DNA of 64,000 bases from Phoronis australis (taxonomy: Eukaryota; Animalia; Phoronida), in assembly GCA_002633005.1 (NCBI GenBank), contig NMRA01000154.1, positions 752,841 through 816,840 of the forward strand. The letters run 5' to 3'. The notes under the pieces are model-generated. The model made no database searches. It was not told the DNA's origin and saw nothing but the letters and a program-made list of their open reading frames with translations. The translations under genes were made by a program, and so were the position numbers. Within the stretch, counting starts at the first letter, position 1; each line of letters starts with the position of its first letter. This document shows, one piece after another, positions 40,001 to 53,775 of this stretch.

Positions 40001-41197
40001 GTTATCGACTTCCTCCTACTTACGATCGGGTATTACTTCCTGAACAGTGGTGTGGTCAAATGCCTGAGCTGCAGGCTTGAAATGTCATACTCAGCTAACT
40101 AAATGTCTGCTACTAAGTAATTTTTCTCTTTTTCACAATGATACTTTTGTACACTTTAAAAATAATGTTTCTTTTAGTAACAGGCCAAAATGAAATCTTT
40201 TGTAAATTCCTTCTATGGAAGTAGCATATATATGTTATGAAAATTATTGCTTATTCATGGAAAATTATATTTGCAGAACATTTTACAATTCGTATTTGTG
40301 AAAATTGCCTGTAGTTAAATTTCAAGTCACATATGATTGAATGCATTTTGGAAGCCCAAAAATTTGGAAGCTTTGTACCAACTAATATAAAAGAAGAGAT
40401 AATATAAATTCTAATTTATCCATACTGATTTTGCTGGTGAAATGAATTCAGGTTAGGATGCCCTTCATGCTCACAATTCTGAAACATTTGAGCCCTGCAA
40501 TGGTTCACGCTTCAAATGTCTCGTTTACGTCAGCCCCTGCCACATCTGCTTTGTCAAATTTTCTTCCATCCTTATTATTACAGTTCACGCACAACATAAT
40601 TTCCTGGATGATCTGGTCAATCCTAGTATGCAACGCTAAATAACAACTTCCCCACATGTGCACTACTTTTTTGCCTACGCAGCATATTGATATTGATTAA
40701 ATCAAAAGCTCAAACTGTCCAAAAGGTGGCGCTTAACAAGGCGGAGTGCAGTGAGGTATAGTTTGGTCTCGCGAATTTCAAATATTCCAAGACACCACTT
40801 ACATTTGGCAAAATGAAACTTCCTTATAAACTGTACTCGGCCTACCATACTGACTCATATATCAAACACTTTTTCATAATTAAGTATCATATGCCAGCAG
40901 TTGTATTCTATGAACTGGTGATAGGATGTACATGGGGCTATTTGTCTTTGATGAAAAAACAGAAAAATATAATTTAACTTGTTTTAAACCATATATTGTC
41001 CTTAATTAATTAGTGAGATTTTGCGGTATGCAGTGGCAAGTCCATGTATGGAAGGGTAATAGAAATGAACAACACACAGTCAATGCATTTTGGGGTCTTG
41101 TATTATGGACCCACTCATATTTGACCCCTTGGATGTGTTCTTCGTAATGGGAAATGTGTTCCTCTGAAGCTCACAACTGATGGGGATGAGTTCTGCC

Positions 41198-41281
41198 ACC
41201 CCTTGACTACCCCTTGACTACCCCTGGACTACCCCTGGGCTACCCCTGGGCTACCCCTGGGCTACCCCTGGGCTACCCCTA
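41198..41281. repeat. 11-bp tandem repeat (CCCCTGGGCTA), about 7 copies
   Basis: Direct reading. Units grade TTGA, TGGA, TGGG along the array. Confidence 0.9.
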
Positions 41282-41356
41282 GCCTGGTTTGATAATACTG
41301 AAGGAACGATGCTTTGAATTTCTCTTAAACTTGGTATTTTAATTCTTAGAAATTGA

Positions 41357-42131
41357 ATTATAAACCTTTGTTGTTGTAATAAGCTTAGCTTTGGGTGATG
41401 TGGGACTAATTCTGTTGTTGTCTTTCTACAAACTCTACTTGTATAAGTATAATGTATTTGGTCTCTATTCTTGTCTGCCTTTATACCTTTCTCAATAAAA
41501 TCTAATCAATTCATGTTCAAATCATCTTTGATGATGCTTTTCAAACCTATTGGACACATCCTGTACCATTATATACAGTCAGTAACTGCTGATGGTGGAG
41601 GACTCCCTGGTTAACTGTTATCTGCTCAAAATCTTGTTTTAACAAATCGTCTTTGATCAACCAGTGCCTCTAAAGTGTTAAATACCACCAGTTCGTACTT
41701 CCAACACCCTTAGTCCTGTTCAAACACAGCTTACCCTGGAACANATTGTAAATCTTTGTTGTTGTAATAAGCTTAGCTTTGGGTGATGTGGGACTAATTC
41801 TGTTGTTGTCTTTCTACAAACTCTACTTGTATAAGTATGATGTATTTGGTCTCTATTCTTGTCTGCCTTTATACCTTTCTCAATAAAATCTAATCAATTC
41901 ATGTTCAAATCATCTTTGATGATGCTTTTCAAACCTATTGGACACATCCTGTACCATTATATACAGTCAGTAACTGCTGATGGTGGAGGACTCCCTGGTT
42001 AACTGTTATCTGCTCAAAATCTTGTTTTAACAAATCGTCTTTGATCAACCAGTGCCTCTAAAGTGTTAAATACCACCAGTTCGTACTTCCAACACCCTTA
42101 GTCCTGTTCAAACACAGCTTACCCTGGAACA
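41357..42131. repeat. 387-bp near-identical direct duplication around a single n (41744); probable assembly overlap
   Basis: 41357-41743 vs 41745-42131, only about 3 substitutions. Confidence 0.9.
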
Positions 42132-42823
42132 ACTTGCTCTAATGCAACTTACCCCACTTTTAAGTGGAGAGTCCACACACACACATGTCCTGATAACTTA
42201 GGGTAAGGCGGAAGTTGTCACTCATTCCCAAGTCTTATTTCGCGCTCAAAAGTATGGTGGATTTTAACACTGACTTTAACCATAGGCTAGAAGTTCATTA
42301 TATTTCCATATTCTGCATTCTCGATCTCTCTCAATTAATGGATTAACAGATTACATAACTAATGGCAACAGTGGAAAAATAATCAATTTCAATTGTGAAC
42401 GTTTTGCTCAACAGAGGATCACCATGTGAACTAGGACAATTTCTCTCTGATTTCACACTGAAATTATTGCCAATGGTTATCATTTAACAGTGGTTACGTT
42501 GCTCGAAAGTTTGTCAAATGTTGTTTTATGTCACCTGCACAGTATACCTTGAGCTAATTACTGGCCAAATTTTTCTTTATTTTTTTTGTTGAGCATTTTC
42601 ATAAAATAAAATTTCACTTGTCCACCTTATTGTGCGCTAAATATATGGGGAACAATGAGAGCAACCTAGTTACAACTTGTCTTTAATCATGGCCTGTGTA
42701 GACTTTTTCTGTTTATTAATTTTGCGTTGTTTGCTATTGTTCCAGTCATTATAAGCACCGGTTTTCATGAGTATCAGGTCTCCAATTTACTTCTAGAAAC
42801 AAAGCTCAGAATACTCTGTTATC

Positions 42824-42966
42824 CATGGGCGGCGCAGCACTGAAAAAAGTGGGGGCTAAAGCTTCCCAGCCCTACTGCGGTGCACCGTCTATAGACCATG
42901 GGAGGCGAAGCACTGAAAAAAGAGGGGCTATAGCCCCCCCCAGCCCCCTATGGTGCGCTGCCCATG
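42824..42966. mobile_element. Dimeric MITE with CATGGGCGGCGCA TIR and 5-bp TSD TTATC
   Basis: TTATC at 42819-42823 and 42967-42971. Homologous to 3056-3199. Confidence 0.75.
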
Positions 42967-45900
42967 TTATCTTGAACATTTCACTCCCATGTTTGTACAT
43001 GTCACTCTCATATCTTGACCTCATCTGACTTTCATCTTTCTGAAGGTTTTCATCTATTGTATATGTGTCTATCATTATATTTCATTTGTTATTATTTTAC
43101 CAATGTCCATTTTCCTGTCTGGAAACAGAGGTGGGAAACAGTTTATTTCTCCAAAACCTAGATATTATTTATGATTTTTAGTTAAGGAAGGCTTACGATG
43201 CTTGGTTCATGGGGCATTTGTGTACTCTTAAATGGAAACTTTTGACTGGAACAAAATTGACATAAAGAAATCACATGTGGTAAAGTCTAATAAAATAACA
43301 TTTGTTTTGGGATTATTTGGGTTATTCACTTCTGGAAGCGAAGCAATGTTATTATTGCTGTTTTGTAGTGACAGTGGGAAAACGAGCTCTACGTACGTTC
43401 CCGGCATTGGGTCGGCAACGGAACTTCTTCCTATTAACAACAGCCTCAATTCACCTGTCAGGTATTTGTTTGTCACCATGGCAACCAATAGCGCATGGTC
43501 ACTGCTCTACTCCTGTCACTCAGTTTCTTTCCTACTAAATACAGTTCGGTCTCGTCTTTCTTCATCTTGAGTTAGATTAAAGTGTCCTTGGTATTGTCTG
43601 TTACATGTCAATATCAGTGAACGTGTTTTTCTTGTATTTCGTATTTTGATGTCAGTTTTGTCTTCCACACGCATCTCCATTGCAAAGTTGGCTGCATGAC
43701 AAATCAGATCAGAAATTTATCGAATTTGACCTCTTGAACTGCTTCCTTAGTTTTAGCGGCAACTTTGAATATTGTCTTGCAACGCTTTTGTGCTTTTTGT
43801 CATGTCTTTGTCACTGTCTGCATCGTTCTTGATCTTGTCCATTCATGCGCTTGTGCTTCACTGTTCGTCTGTGTTTACACGTGTGATCATCTGCGTGATA
43901 GTCTTATGGGTTTTGTTAGTTCGTGTCAATGGTCTAACTCTTGTTCATGTTCTAACCGTTGTTATGACAACAGGTTTAATGTCATTGTTGGCTGCTCCAG
44001 CTGGTCAACCTCGGGACGCTGAATTGTTGAATTCTTGGAATATGAAAAAGCCGTCTTTTTACTTCTTTTTCTAAGTGTATAAGGGTGGTTTTTGCGTAGA
44101 CCTGCTTGTAGGACCTGCTGGATAACCAAAGTACTTGAATTATATTATATCTAACAGTGCAGTTGAAGATTTTCTTAAAAGCCAACAGTTGAGCTGACGT
44201 TACAATGACCTTGACCTTAGTGTTTCACATCTGGCAAGGGCTGCGTTCCATGTAGACGCAAGAATCTTGTGAAGGAACTTGGTGTGGTCATGTGCTGTGC
44301 GTGGCGATGATCTCTTGTAGCGTCTTTTAATTGTAATCTTACGTTTTCACAAGTCTCATGCTTCTACGAAACGCATGCCCCATTACTCTTCTGACACAAG
44401 CTCGAATGAATTTTCGTTGTGATTTTTGTGAGATTTAGCCCGGCAGTACTCTTTGGTGACTTCTGGAATCATGATTGTGTGTCGGTGCCTTGGCTGTGAT
44501 GGGGTGGCTTTGGCTTTAGTGTTAAGAATGCATGTTCTGTGTACCCCATTTGGTTCAGTCTACTTTGTTGTTACTGTTACGAAAACTTATTGTAAAATTT
44601 TGTTTGTCTCCCATGTGAGCCATTTTAATCAATTTAATATCAAAAGTGTTATAAACTATTACTAAAATGGCACAGCCTTAATAAACTTTGTTGTTCAGAA
44701 TGTGTTAGGAATTGTTTTCAATTTTTCCAACTTTTGCATGAGAGGGTGTCAAAAACTAGGACTTTCATGGTTTGAGAAAACTCGAAAAGTGACGTAAAAG
44801 GAAAACAAAATGAAAACTTAGAAAACTTTAACAGATTCTTGTGAGACTCCGTATTGTACGTTTATGTCAAACAAAATTTGACTGTGTTATGCCGTTTCTT
44901 TGCTATTGACGAACACTCTCTTTTTTGCCTAACTTCACTACAGAAGCATGGTCACGTGACCCAATTAATAGCAGATTGGAATAAAGTCAAAGTTCTGCTG
45001 GTCTTTTACCCAAAGAAAATATAGTTACACTTTTACTGAGTTCAACTCTATAGCTTTATAGATATTAAGGTGTTAATACCCATGGTTCTATAACCTTAGG
45101 ACCATCTGTTCAGACCAACTATTAATCGCGTTGAAACCATTTCTATATAGTCATAACTGTTACCCCATGCATGGTAACCGCTTTACAATTTCGTTTAGAT
45201 AAAATAATTAAAATTTCAAGAGGCAGGGTATGCAAAAATAGTAGAAATATGTAAATATGTTGGCACGTTTTCAAGGGATGCGCGAATCAATAGAAAGTAA
45301 ACACGATCAGGGTTAATAATTAGTGTGCGTTCATCAGGGACGTGTGTGTAATATCGAGTGAACAATGGGGTCTTCTGCACCGTGTTCGAATTAAAAGGAG
45401 GGTAAAGTATAGTTTTGTTAAATAAGTTTGGGTGTGCATAAATTTAGAATGCGCGAAACTGTAGAGAGGCTACTGTAGTTGTTAAGGCACTGTTCCCATA
45501 GGCTATCCCTTTTGATTCACCTCAGTTAGTTTGACTAGTTAAAACTTTAACAACTGCTGTGTTCATGCCAAGATGCAGCAGTTGTACCCTCACAGAAGGT
45601 TACAATTAAATTTAAGACCTTTTTGTCGCTGACTTAGTTTGTTGAACATTCCCTCACTTAATTTAAGTTTTGTTTATTGCAACCATAAAAAGTAATTTTG
45701 TGAACGATATGGCTGCAATGCACTGATTTTCATACAAATATTACAATTTTATTAGAATGAAACTCACTGATAACTTGAGATCCGTGCAAAACCATCTTCC
45801 TCTTATTCGGAATTTTTCCATGCATTTTTTTTAAACCACGAGTACCTTGAATAACCTGTTATGCCATGTAGAACTACTGCGACAGATGGTCTATTTTCTG

Positions 45901-46070
45901 AAAAAAATAATGTATAAAATAAATAGACTGGGGCATTTTAATGTTACCATGGAAAGGTGCATGTTTTCCATGTCCTGGCGTAGTCACATTGTCAGTTGTG
46001 GTAGATTGCATGTGCTGACCTATACTCACGTAGTGTGTCCCTCACATTTGCCTGTTTATGTTTCTTGTAG

Positions 46071-46166
46071 TGGTCAGAATAATTCTGGGTCCACCACACG
46101 CCTTGTTACAGCCGTCGACAAAGAGGATATGACTCACGACCAACAGAGGTCATTTGCTAGAGCCAG
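46071..46166 (+). CDS. SLC8A: NCX coding exon 3 (SGQNNSGSTTRLVTAVDKEDMTHDQQRSFARA)
   Basis: tttcttgtag| acceptor, CAG|GTAACG donor, 96 nt, phase 2-2. Joined to the next exon it gives QQRSFARARFRHAA, similar to NCX1 QQKSRAFYRIQATR. Confidence 0.8.
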
Positions 46167-48076
46167 GTAACGTAATTCAACGTGATGTAATAGAAGTCTG
46201 ATTTTCTGCAGGCTTATAGTTATTCTGTCGCGTGGCGTAGAAGTGTAAATGGGATGCCATAGATAACAACATCAAAATCTGTTGTAAATTTTCTTTATTT
46301 GAAAGAAAATTTCTTCTTGCCTATGGTTCTAGCTGACATTTGACTATCAATAAATTTAACATTGTTGTAAACATATGTTTCATCAGCAAAAATAGCCTTC
46401 TGTGCAAGTGATTTTCATTCAAAAACAAACTAACATTGATAAACAATGAATTGTTAAAAGCCCCATTCAGCACCTGTTTTTTGTTCTTCACTGACCGTCA
46501 CAGGTCATTGCGTGAACAAGGATTCCCCTGATGGCCACTGGTCACTGCTTCTGGACTGAAACGGTGTGCCTTCAAACTGTTAGGAGACTATGATTAATAT
46601 AGGATTTTGCTATTAAATTTCTGTTCACCATTTTCATATCGAAGATAGGGTTAATGATGTGTTACACAGTGTCCATTGCGTTTTCTACTATTGCTATTTT
46701 TTATTGCTATTTCAAAAATCATGAAGTCATTTCCTTTTCTTAGGTTGCAAAAATTGCCAACTGCTTTGATATTTGTAGTAGAATTCCAGCAGTTAACAAT
46801 TTTGATGAACTTTCTAATGTCTAGCAGTCTTGAGAAATGTAAATTGCTTAGGGATATTCTAAGTGCTGGTAGAATTTTGATTCAAAGATGATTGGAACGT
46901 GCACGGCCTCTGTGTTTTTCGGTGAAATTAGCTAAAATGTTTTTAGATTAAACTGATTCATGTTGAAGCTACTTCCGTCACAAAAGCAACCTCTCACTTT
47001 CGCCATTGTTACCGTTATCAAATTGGAACTTGGATCGAATTGGAAGTTCAGAATTGGAGACCAGAGGCCTGTTTCAGGAAAAGTGACTGGAATTAAAAAT
47101 GGACTCCACTTAAATTTTTCTTAGAAATAATTAAATTTTACTTAAGCAAAAGTGCAAAGTTTCTGAGAATATACATAACTGCTAGTTACTGCCGATATAA
47201 TTTTTAAAAATTGTTTCTTGACTGTGATGCAGTCACACTTACTTGGTTAAACCTTTTTCCAGCAATTCTGAAGAATGAGTGAAAGGCCAAATTTCTATCT
47301 TAAGTCATGAAATGGACTTCAGGCCTTACATGTTGGCCAATATCACGGCCGGTCAGTTGATCACAAGTAACAACGAACTGCTGGTTGTTTTCAAGCCCAA
47401 GTATTTTGTGCGAGCAAGGAACCATTTTTGGTCAAAATCAAAAGTTAAATCTTTTAATGATTGAACACCAGTTTATTCCCGTTTTAAGGATACTCTTTCC
47501 TCTGTTCTCTCATGTTTACTAAAGAGCAGCACGAATCTCACCCATTAGACAACAAAATAAAAGCACATTTTGTGAATTACAGCTGTGTAAGCATTACATT
47601 TCTATTCACATGAAGTATGAAACTCAACGCCTTTCATTTATGCTTGCTATTGTTTTGGTGTATCACCATTAATTACAAAAGTAAACTGTTTACTTTTTGA
47701 AAGAACTGTGCAAAAAGTTCATTTTTATTGAATAAGTTTTGACTAAATTTGTTTGTCTTGGACTTCGTTTCGTGGGGTCTTAAACTAAAATGAAGTGGGA
47801 ATAGTGTCATTCAATAATTAAAATAAACATTATTATGAACCACTGTGAATAGATTTGTGGTGTTTCTTAGAAATGCAATTTTTGTACATTTGACATGTAT
47901 GGTGTCCTAATTGTATACCCTTGTTTTTCCCCATCGTAATATTTAACCAACTAATTCATTGGTAAGATGCGAGTACAGATTTGTTTTGTGTGTCTTGATT
48001 TTTTGAAAATATATTTTATGTTATGTTTTGGCAAGTTTTTATGATTTTGCGAACTCACTATGTTTGGCTTGTATAT

Positions 48077-48228
48077 CATGAGAGATAACTGTCGTCTTAT
48101 GCCCAACAACTATAAGAAAGTTTGTTTTTCATGAGAGGTAGTAATGTCTTCATGGCCAGCAATAATAAGAAAATTTGTACATCATGAGAGGTAACTGTTG
48201 TCTTCATGCCCGGCAATAATAAAAAATT
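48077..48228. repeat. ~53-bp tandem repeat, 3 degenerate copies
   Basis: tcatgagag..aactgt.gtctt.atg.cc.gcaataataa at 48077, 48129 and 48182. Confidence 0.7.
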
Positions 48229-49117
48229 CTAAAAACGTTTTTGTGGTAAAGATTCTTCTCAAGTGCTTAAAAAGTCTCAACTAAGTCTCCTTACTTTGCT
48301 AACGTGTAGCATGTACTGAATGACAATGCTATATGAACACCATCTCCACTTGTATTTATTTATTGACAACTTGTAAATGTGAAAACAAAAAATTCTGCAA
48401 ATAGATGACCTTTTCACTTATGATGAACCTTGGGGTTTCACATAGCCCGCATCATGCTGTGTTATTCCCCAACACCACATTACGATACTTACTAGACACC
48501 GTTGAGTGATTTACAGCGGATCATTTTCAACACAAAACTTGTTCTTAAAACTATTTGGTAATTTGTATCGCATTTAATATACTTATCATCGTCAATTGTT
48601 GCGTTTCTATCGAATTTGACCAAGCAATCACAGAGACTTAAGTTAGACTTAAATTGAAACTGAGTGCAATGTTCAAATAAACACCAAAGAGTTGTTTACC
48701 GAGAGTTGCGCAGTCCAAAAGTGCTGGGAATTATGGGGGAAGCTTGGTTTTATTATTATTGAAGCATTTTCCAGCCTATAAAACTTCTTTTTTTTTCTGA
48801 ATGAGCATTTTATTTTTATCGATTCACTGAATAAAAAAGTGTCTCTCGACTACTAATACGAAGAACCTCCTCAGTGTGTTGTGTGATTCAAGTAACATTT
48901 GTGTGCTAAGATTTACACTATGTGGGTGAATGTTGACCTGCTTCCTTTCCATCCGTCATGACGTCCTCAGCCTTGTGAACTCCTGCAGGATCTTCTTGAC
49001 GTTCGGTAGTTGTGGTGCTCATTTATTCACTAGTCTTTTCAAAGATTGCTGAAGTAGTTTTGGTCAAGTGTTTCATATATCAGCGTTTAGAAGTTTATGC
49101 CTGAGCATAGGTAAAAG

Positions 49118-49848
49118 TTGTCCCTTACATATAGGGGTAGAGGGGTGTAACATGTATTGGTAGAGGGGTATCACTTACGTGTATTGGTAGAGGGTGTCCC
49201 TTACATGTATTGGTGGAGGGGTGTCCGTTACGTGTATTGTTAGAGGGGTATCCCTTACGTGTATTGGTAGAAGGTGTCACATATATTGGTAGAAGGTGTC
49301 CCTTACTTGTATTGATAGAGGGTGTCCCTCACATGTATTGGTTTGGGGTGTCCCTCACATGTATGGTAGATGGGTGTCCCTTAATGCATTGGTAGAGGGA
49401 TATCCCTTACGTGTATTGGTTGAGGGGTATCCCTTACGTGTATTGGTAGAGGGGTGTCCCTTACGTTACGTGTATTGGTAGAGAGGTGTCCGTTACGTGT
49501 ATTGGTAGAGGGTTGTCCCTTACATTATTGATAGAGGGGTGGCCCTTACACATGTATTGATAGAGGGTGTCCCATATGTGTATTGGTAGAGGGGTGTCCA
49601 TTACGTGTATTGGTAGAGGGGTGTCCCTTACATGTATTGATAGAGGGGTGTCCCTTACATGTATTGATAGAGGGTGCCCCTTATGTGTATTGGTAGAGGG
49701 GTGTCCATTACGTGTATTGGTAGAGGGGCGTCCCTTACATGTATTGGTAGAGGGGCGTCCCTTACGTGTATTAGTGGAAAGGTGTCCCTTACATAATTTT
49801 GTTGATGGAGAAGTGTCCCTTACGTACATTGGTAGAGGGGTTTACCTA
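49118..49848. repeat. 27-bp minisatellite (CCCTTACGTGTATTGGTAGAGGGGTGT), about 27 units
   Basis: Contiguous 26-27-bp units with no unique spacers. Explains the repetitive ORFs at 49210-49992. Confidence 0.95.
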
Positions 49849-52800
49849 GCATGTAAAGGGTTTCTTTACTGGCACGTGTCTGAAACTGCATGGTTTTATG
49901 CCCTTTGTCTATTTTTAGAATACTTTAATCACATGGATTATTTCATTGTAATATTTAGGGCTTGGTTTGTTAACTTTTCTAAAGAATATTAACCACTGAG
50001 GAACAACCGTAGTACGTCTACTGATGATTTTTGTATATTAGACACCGAACTTCCATGACTGTGCAGCTATGTCTCCATCTGTGAGATCTTTGTGAATTAT
50101 GACAATTGTATTCCTTTGAATGTGTGAACATATCAAAGCTTCTTTTTGACATATCTGATTACTGCTGTGCCTTGTGGTGACGATTTTATTTTTTACCTCT
50201 GTCTCTGCATTTTGGAGTTCCATTTGGGATTTTCATAAAATTTGGCTTAAATAGGCTTGACTCCATTAGGGAGATGAAATTTTCTCATTTTCAGATGGCT
50301 TCAATATATTCTGTGCCCCTAGTTCAGATCTACACGATATCCTCTCAAATTAGCAAAATCCAGGGGCCCAATCCAAAAAAGCAACTTACCTAAGACAAAT
50401 CTTAAAATTTAAGTCAATTTTAAGATAAAACTCCACTTTGTCTTAAGTCTGTTCTAGGAAAGTGATCTTAAGTTTGTCTTAAGTTTTTGATGTTTTGTCT
50501 AATATCACTAACACACCGGATGTGGAAGTTTTAAAGTTTGGAAGCGGAGACAAATCTTAGACTTTAGTCAAAAACAAACTTAAGTCAGTTTCTTGGAACA
50601 TGTCCCAAATCTACCGTAGATCATATGACCCCCCCAAAGAACAAAGTCCAGATCTATATTATGTGCCCCCTCAAATAGCAAAGACATTATTCCTTGTCAA
50701 ATTTCTAAGAAGTGAGTTTGTGGCTTGGAAGGTTTGCCATTGTTTGAGTCCACTTAGTTCTACAAGACTAAAGTTGGCTTGTCATGCACCGAGCATGGTC
50801 CCAATCCAAGCTTAGAAACTACTTCTCATGCGAGTTAGAAACAAGTTGAGATCAGTTTTCTAGAGGTGAGTAATCAAAAGTTAGTTTCATTGACAAGATG
50901 CGAGTTTAAAGCCACTTTTAAAAGTGCAAAAACTGCTGGTCAGGAAACATATCAACTGAGCAATGCACAATAGGATATAATGCTGCAGTGCTACCACAAA
51001 ACAATAACATGAGGATGTTGTGTATTACATTAGGTGAAGTCCCATCAACCTGTATCCATTATACAGATGGTGTTTCCATGTGCTGGACCAATGTTTGTGT
51101 CATCCAATAAAGTGATTAAATGAACACCATGATGTGTTATCTAAATGATTTGCAATGTTTATTAAGGGCTTTGAGTTTGTAATATTTTTGTTCCCTTGTT
51201 TCTGTTGTAGAAAGTGTATCACGCACTTAGTGTTTGCTGCTGTGGCATCTTGGTCTAACTAATTTAGTTACAGCTTTGAAAGTCACTTACCGAACTTTAG
51301 TTTAAAAGTTTGCATCTCTGTATTTTGAATATGTAATAAGTTTGTTAGCCTTCGTGTGCGTTTTAGAGCTCATGGTTTTGTAATTAAAAGTAACTGCTTT
51401 ACTATCATTTATAGTAATTGTTACTATTCTAGTTTTCATTTGCATACTTAAACATCGGATGCTTGTCACAAGTAGCCGCCATTGGTTAATTGAATGGTGT
51501 TAAAAATGATTACAGGTGACTAGATTGTCAACGGGTTTTAAATTTAATTACTACACATTAGACATGATTATCAACTGAAACCTTTAATGCAGAAAATTTT
51601 TAATGTGCTTTTTGTTCCAATGGTGGTCATTTGTGTTTATTTACGTGTCTCTAACAATATTTTGCTTTTTTTCTTTTGCATTGCCTTGTGACTCTAACAG
51701 ACTCAGGTACAAGCTACACTCTGCTTGTTGTATGGTGTGATGTTATTATAACTACAGAGGTCGCCACAGTAGCACAGCATGATGCCTGTGGCACGTCTGC
51801 AACAGAAACTTGACTGAGAAACTGCCAACTGTCAATTTTGAAACAGCAGTTTACTGATTAGCTGTTCTAAAGCACTTGAAATGCAGTTTGAAAGTTTGTT
51901 TTATCTATGGTCATAAATCCAGTGGTAGCTAAGTGGGTCTTGGGCAGTGTGCTTTTCAGAGCAGCAAAAATGTTGCAACTACATAAAGTTGATAATTTAT
52001 TTTATTAACGACTAACTTCAAAAGCCCCGATACTGAACTGTTCGCAAATTGATATCGAAGTTGTGACTGTCTTAGCTCAAGCCCTGACTTGTGACCTTGC
52101 GATAAAACAGGCCCACGATGAAATTTGTAAAATTTAAAATTTAATAAGAGTCAAGTTTGAGTTGCATTTCCTCCAGCATGCTATGTGCTTTTCACTTCCA
52201 CTAAACACTTTGTATTGTTTTATTGGAGATCACTTGGACGAATGCTATTTAAGTTAAATGTATTGGTGTTTGGACGAATTAAGAAGTCCTTACGTTACTA
52301 CTGTAAATCTAATCCTTGTCATGCTACCTGAATTCCTCAGTTGTCACCTCCTTAATGTCTTGCTAATACTTTTGAATGAAATGATACTTTTCTGTTGTGC
52401 AGAAATGACTGCCCTTTTGTCTACAGTACTTAATGTGTTACCCAGTCCGTAAACCAATTAAAACAATAGTGTTCCTGAAGATAGATTTCATTTTGCTTCA
52501 ACGATTTCCATTCAAAATCTGTTTCTAATGTTGAAGACACCAAAGTTTGGCAGTTGATTGGGTTATATGTGGCTGTATACAATTTGGATTGTTTTCTCTG
52601 AAATTTCTTGTTCTTACTGTTTTCCCTCTGTTGGCGTCTGTTGTCTCTGTCTCAGTAATTAACTAAAACATACTAATTGTGCCCAAGGCATGTGGGATGG
52701 AGATCTAATAGCTTAACAAATTAATGTTTTGCGAAAATGATGATATGTGTGTAAAATTTTCATGAGATAATTACAATTTGGACTAGTAAATTCTTAGAAT

Positions 52801-53089
52801 CATTAAATTGGTGATTTAAATTTTTTACTTCCCCATAGTTGTCGTTCCCTAGTCCATTAATGCAACATGTTTTGCCCTATGTGACCTGGTGTTGTGTCAT
52901 GCCATACCTTATGACAAAACCCTTCCCATATGACAAATCCCTTCCCATAATTCACCGTCTGTGCATTTAGATACTCGCACATTTTTTGCACATTTTGCCA
53001 CCACAGAGTTACTCGACTTAGATTTTGTGAGGCAATCTTCAAATAAATATCACTGATCTGTTGATGTAAGCTCTTTTTCTCTCTTGTAG

Positions 53090-53223
53090 ATTCCGCCATG
53101 CTGCCATCAATTCCATTCTTGGTCACAAAAAGTCTCACTCCAGGCCTATAACACCCAAACCCAAAATGGTTGGCATAGTGGACCAAGTTCGTGCCAACTC
53201 ACAGTTGAATCAGATGAATGAAG
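53090..53223 (+). CDS. SLC8A: NCX coding exon 4 (RFRHAAINSILGHKKSHSRPITPKPKMVGIVDQVRANSQLNQMNE)
   Basis: ctttttctctcttgtag| acceptor, AAG|GTAAAG donor, phase 2 to 1, open frame. Confidence 0.85.
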
Positions 53224-53623
53224 GTAAAGAATTGTACTTCAAATGAATTAATGACAGTGTTTCATTTTTATGTGCCTATGTAAACATGTACATATCATAT
53301 GGGCGTCGAGTGTTTGCTGCTATATCTCCTAAGCCGCTAGCACGATCTTTATGAGATTTGGGGGATGTGTTTCTGTGAAGCTGACGACAGATACGACGAC
53401 AAGTTTTGGACAGATCCAGTCACTGCTGTACTCCTTAGAAGTAATTCTCTTTTTACCATTTGCGTCTGTATTTTTGGGGTTGCTTGTCGGATTTTCATAA
53501 AATTTCATAAACAAGTATGGGGGAGTTGGCTAGCTCTTCCCACCTGCAAACGGGTTTGACAAATTTTGTAGTACCTAATGCGTATCACCACCATAGGAAG
53601 CATACTGTTTGCGATGCAGTCGT

Positions 53624-53775
53624 CAGTGGCGGATTTTGAGGGGGGCCAAGTGGGCTATGCTCCCCTAAAATTCTCCGAGATTCCATTTGGCAGTTCGGGG
53701 GTGCCATTGTCTGACGGGCAACATCCCGGCAAACACTTGGCCCTGACCCCCACCCAAAATCTGGATCCATTACTG
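53624..53775. mobile_element. MITE CAGTGGCGGAT...GGATCCATTACTG with 5-bp TSD GTCGT
   Basis: GTCGT at 53619-53623 and 53776-53780. Imperfect TIR. Confidence 0.7.

Noticed and set aside
41357-42131. 387-bp direct repeat as LTRs or a real duplication
   Set aside because: The copies directly abut a single n and lack TG...CA ends or an internal region. This is typical of a contig overlap.
49118-49848. CRISPR-like regular array or repeat-protein ORFs
   Set aside because: Units are contiguous with no unique spacers and there are no cas genes. The context is a eukaryotic intron, so this is a minisatellite and the ORFs are by-products.
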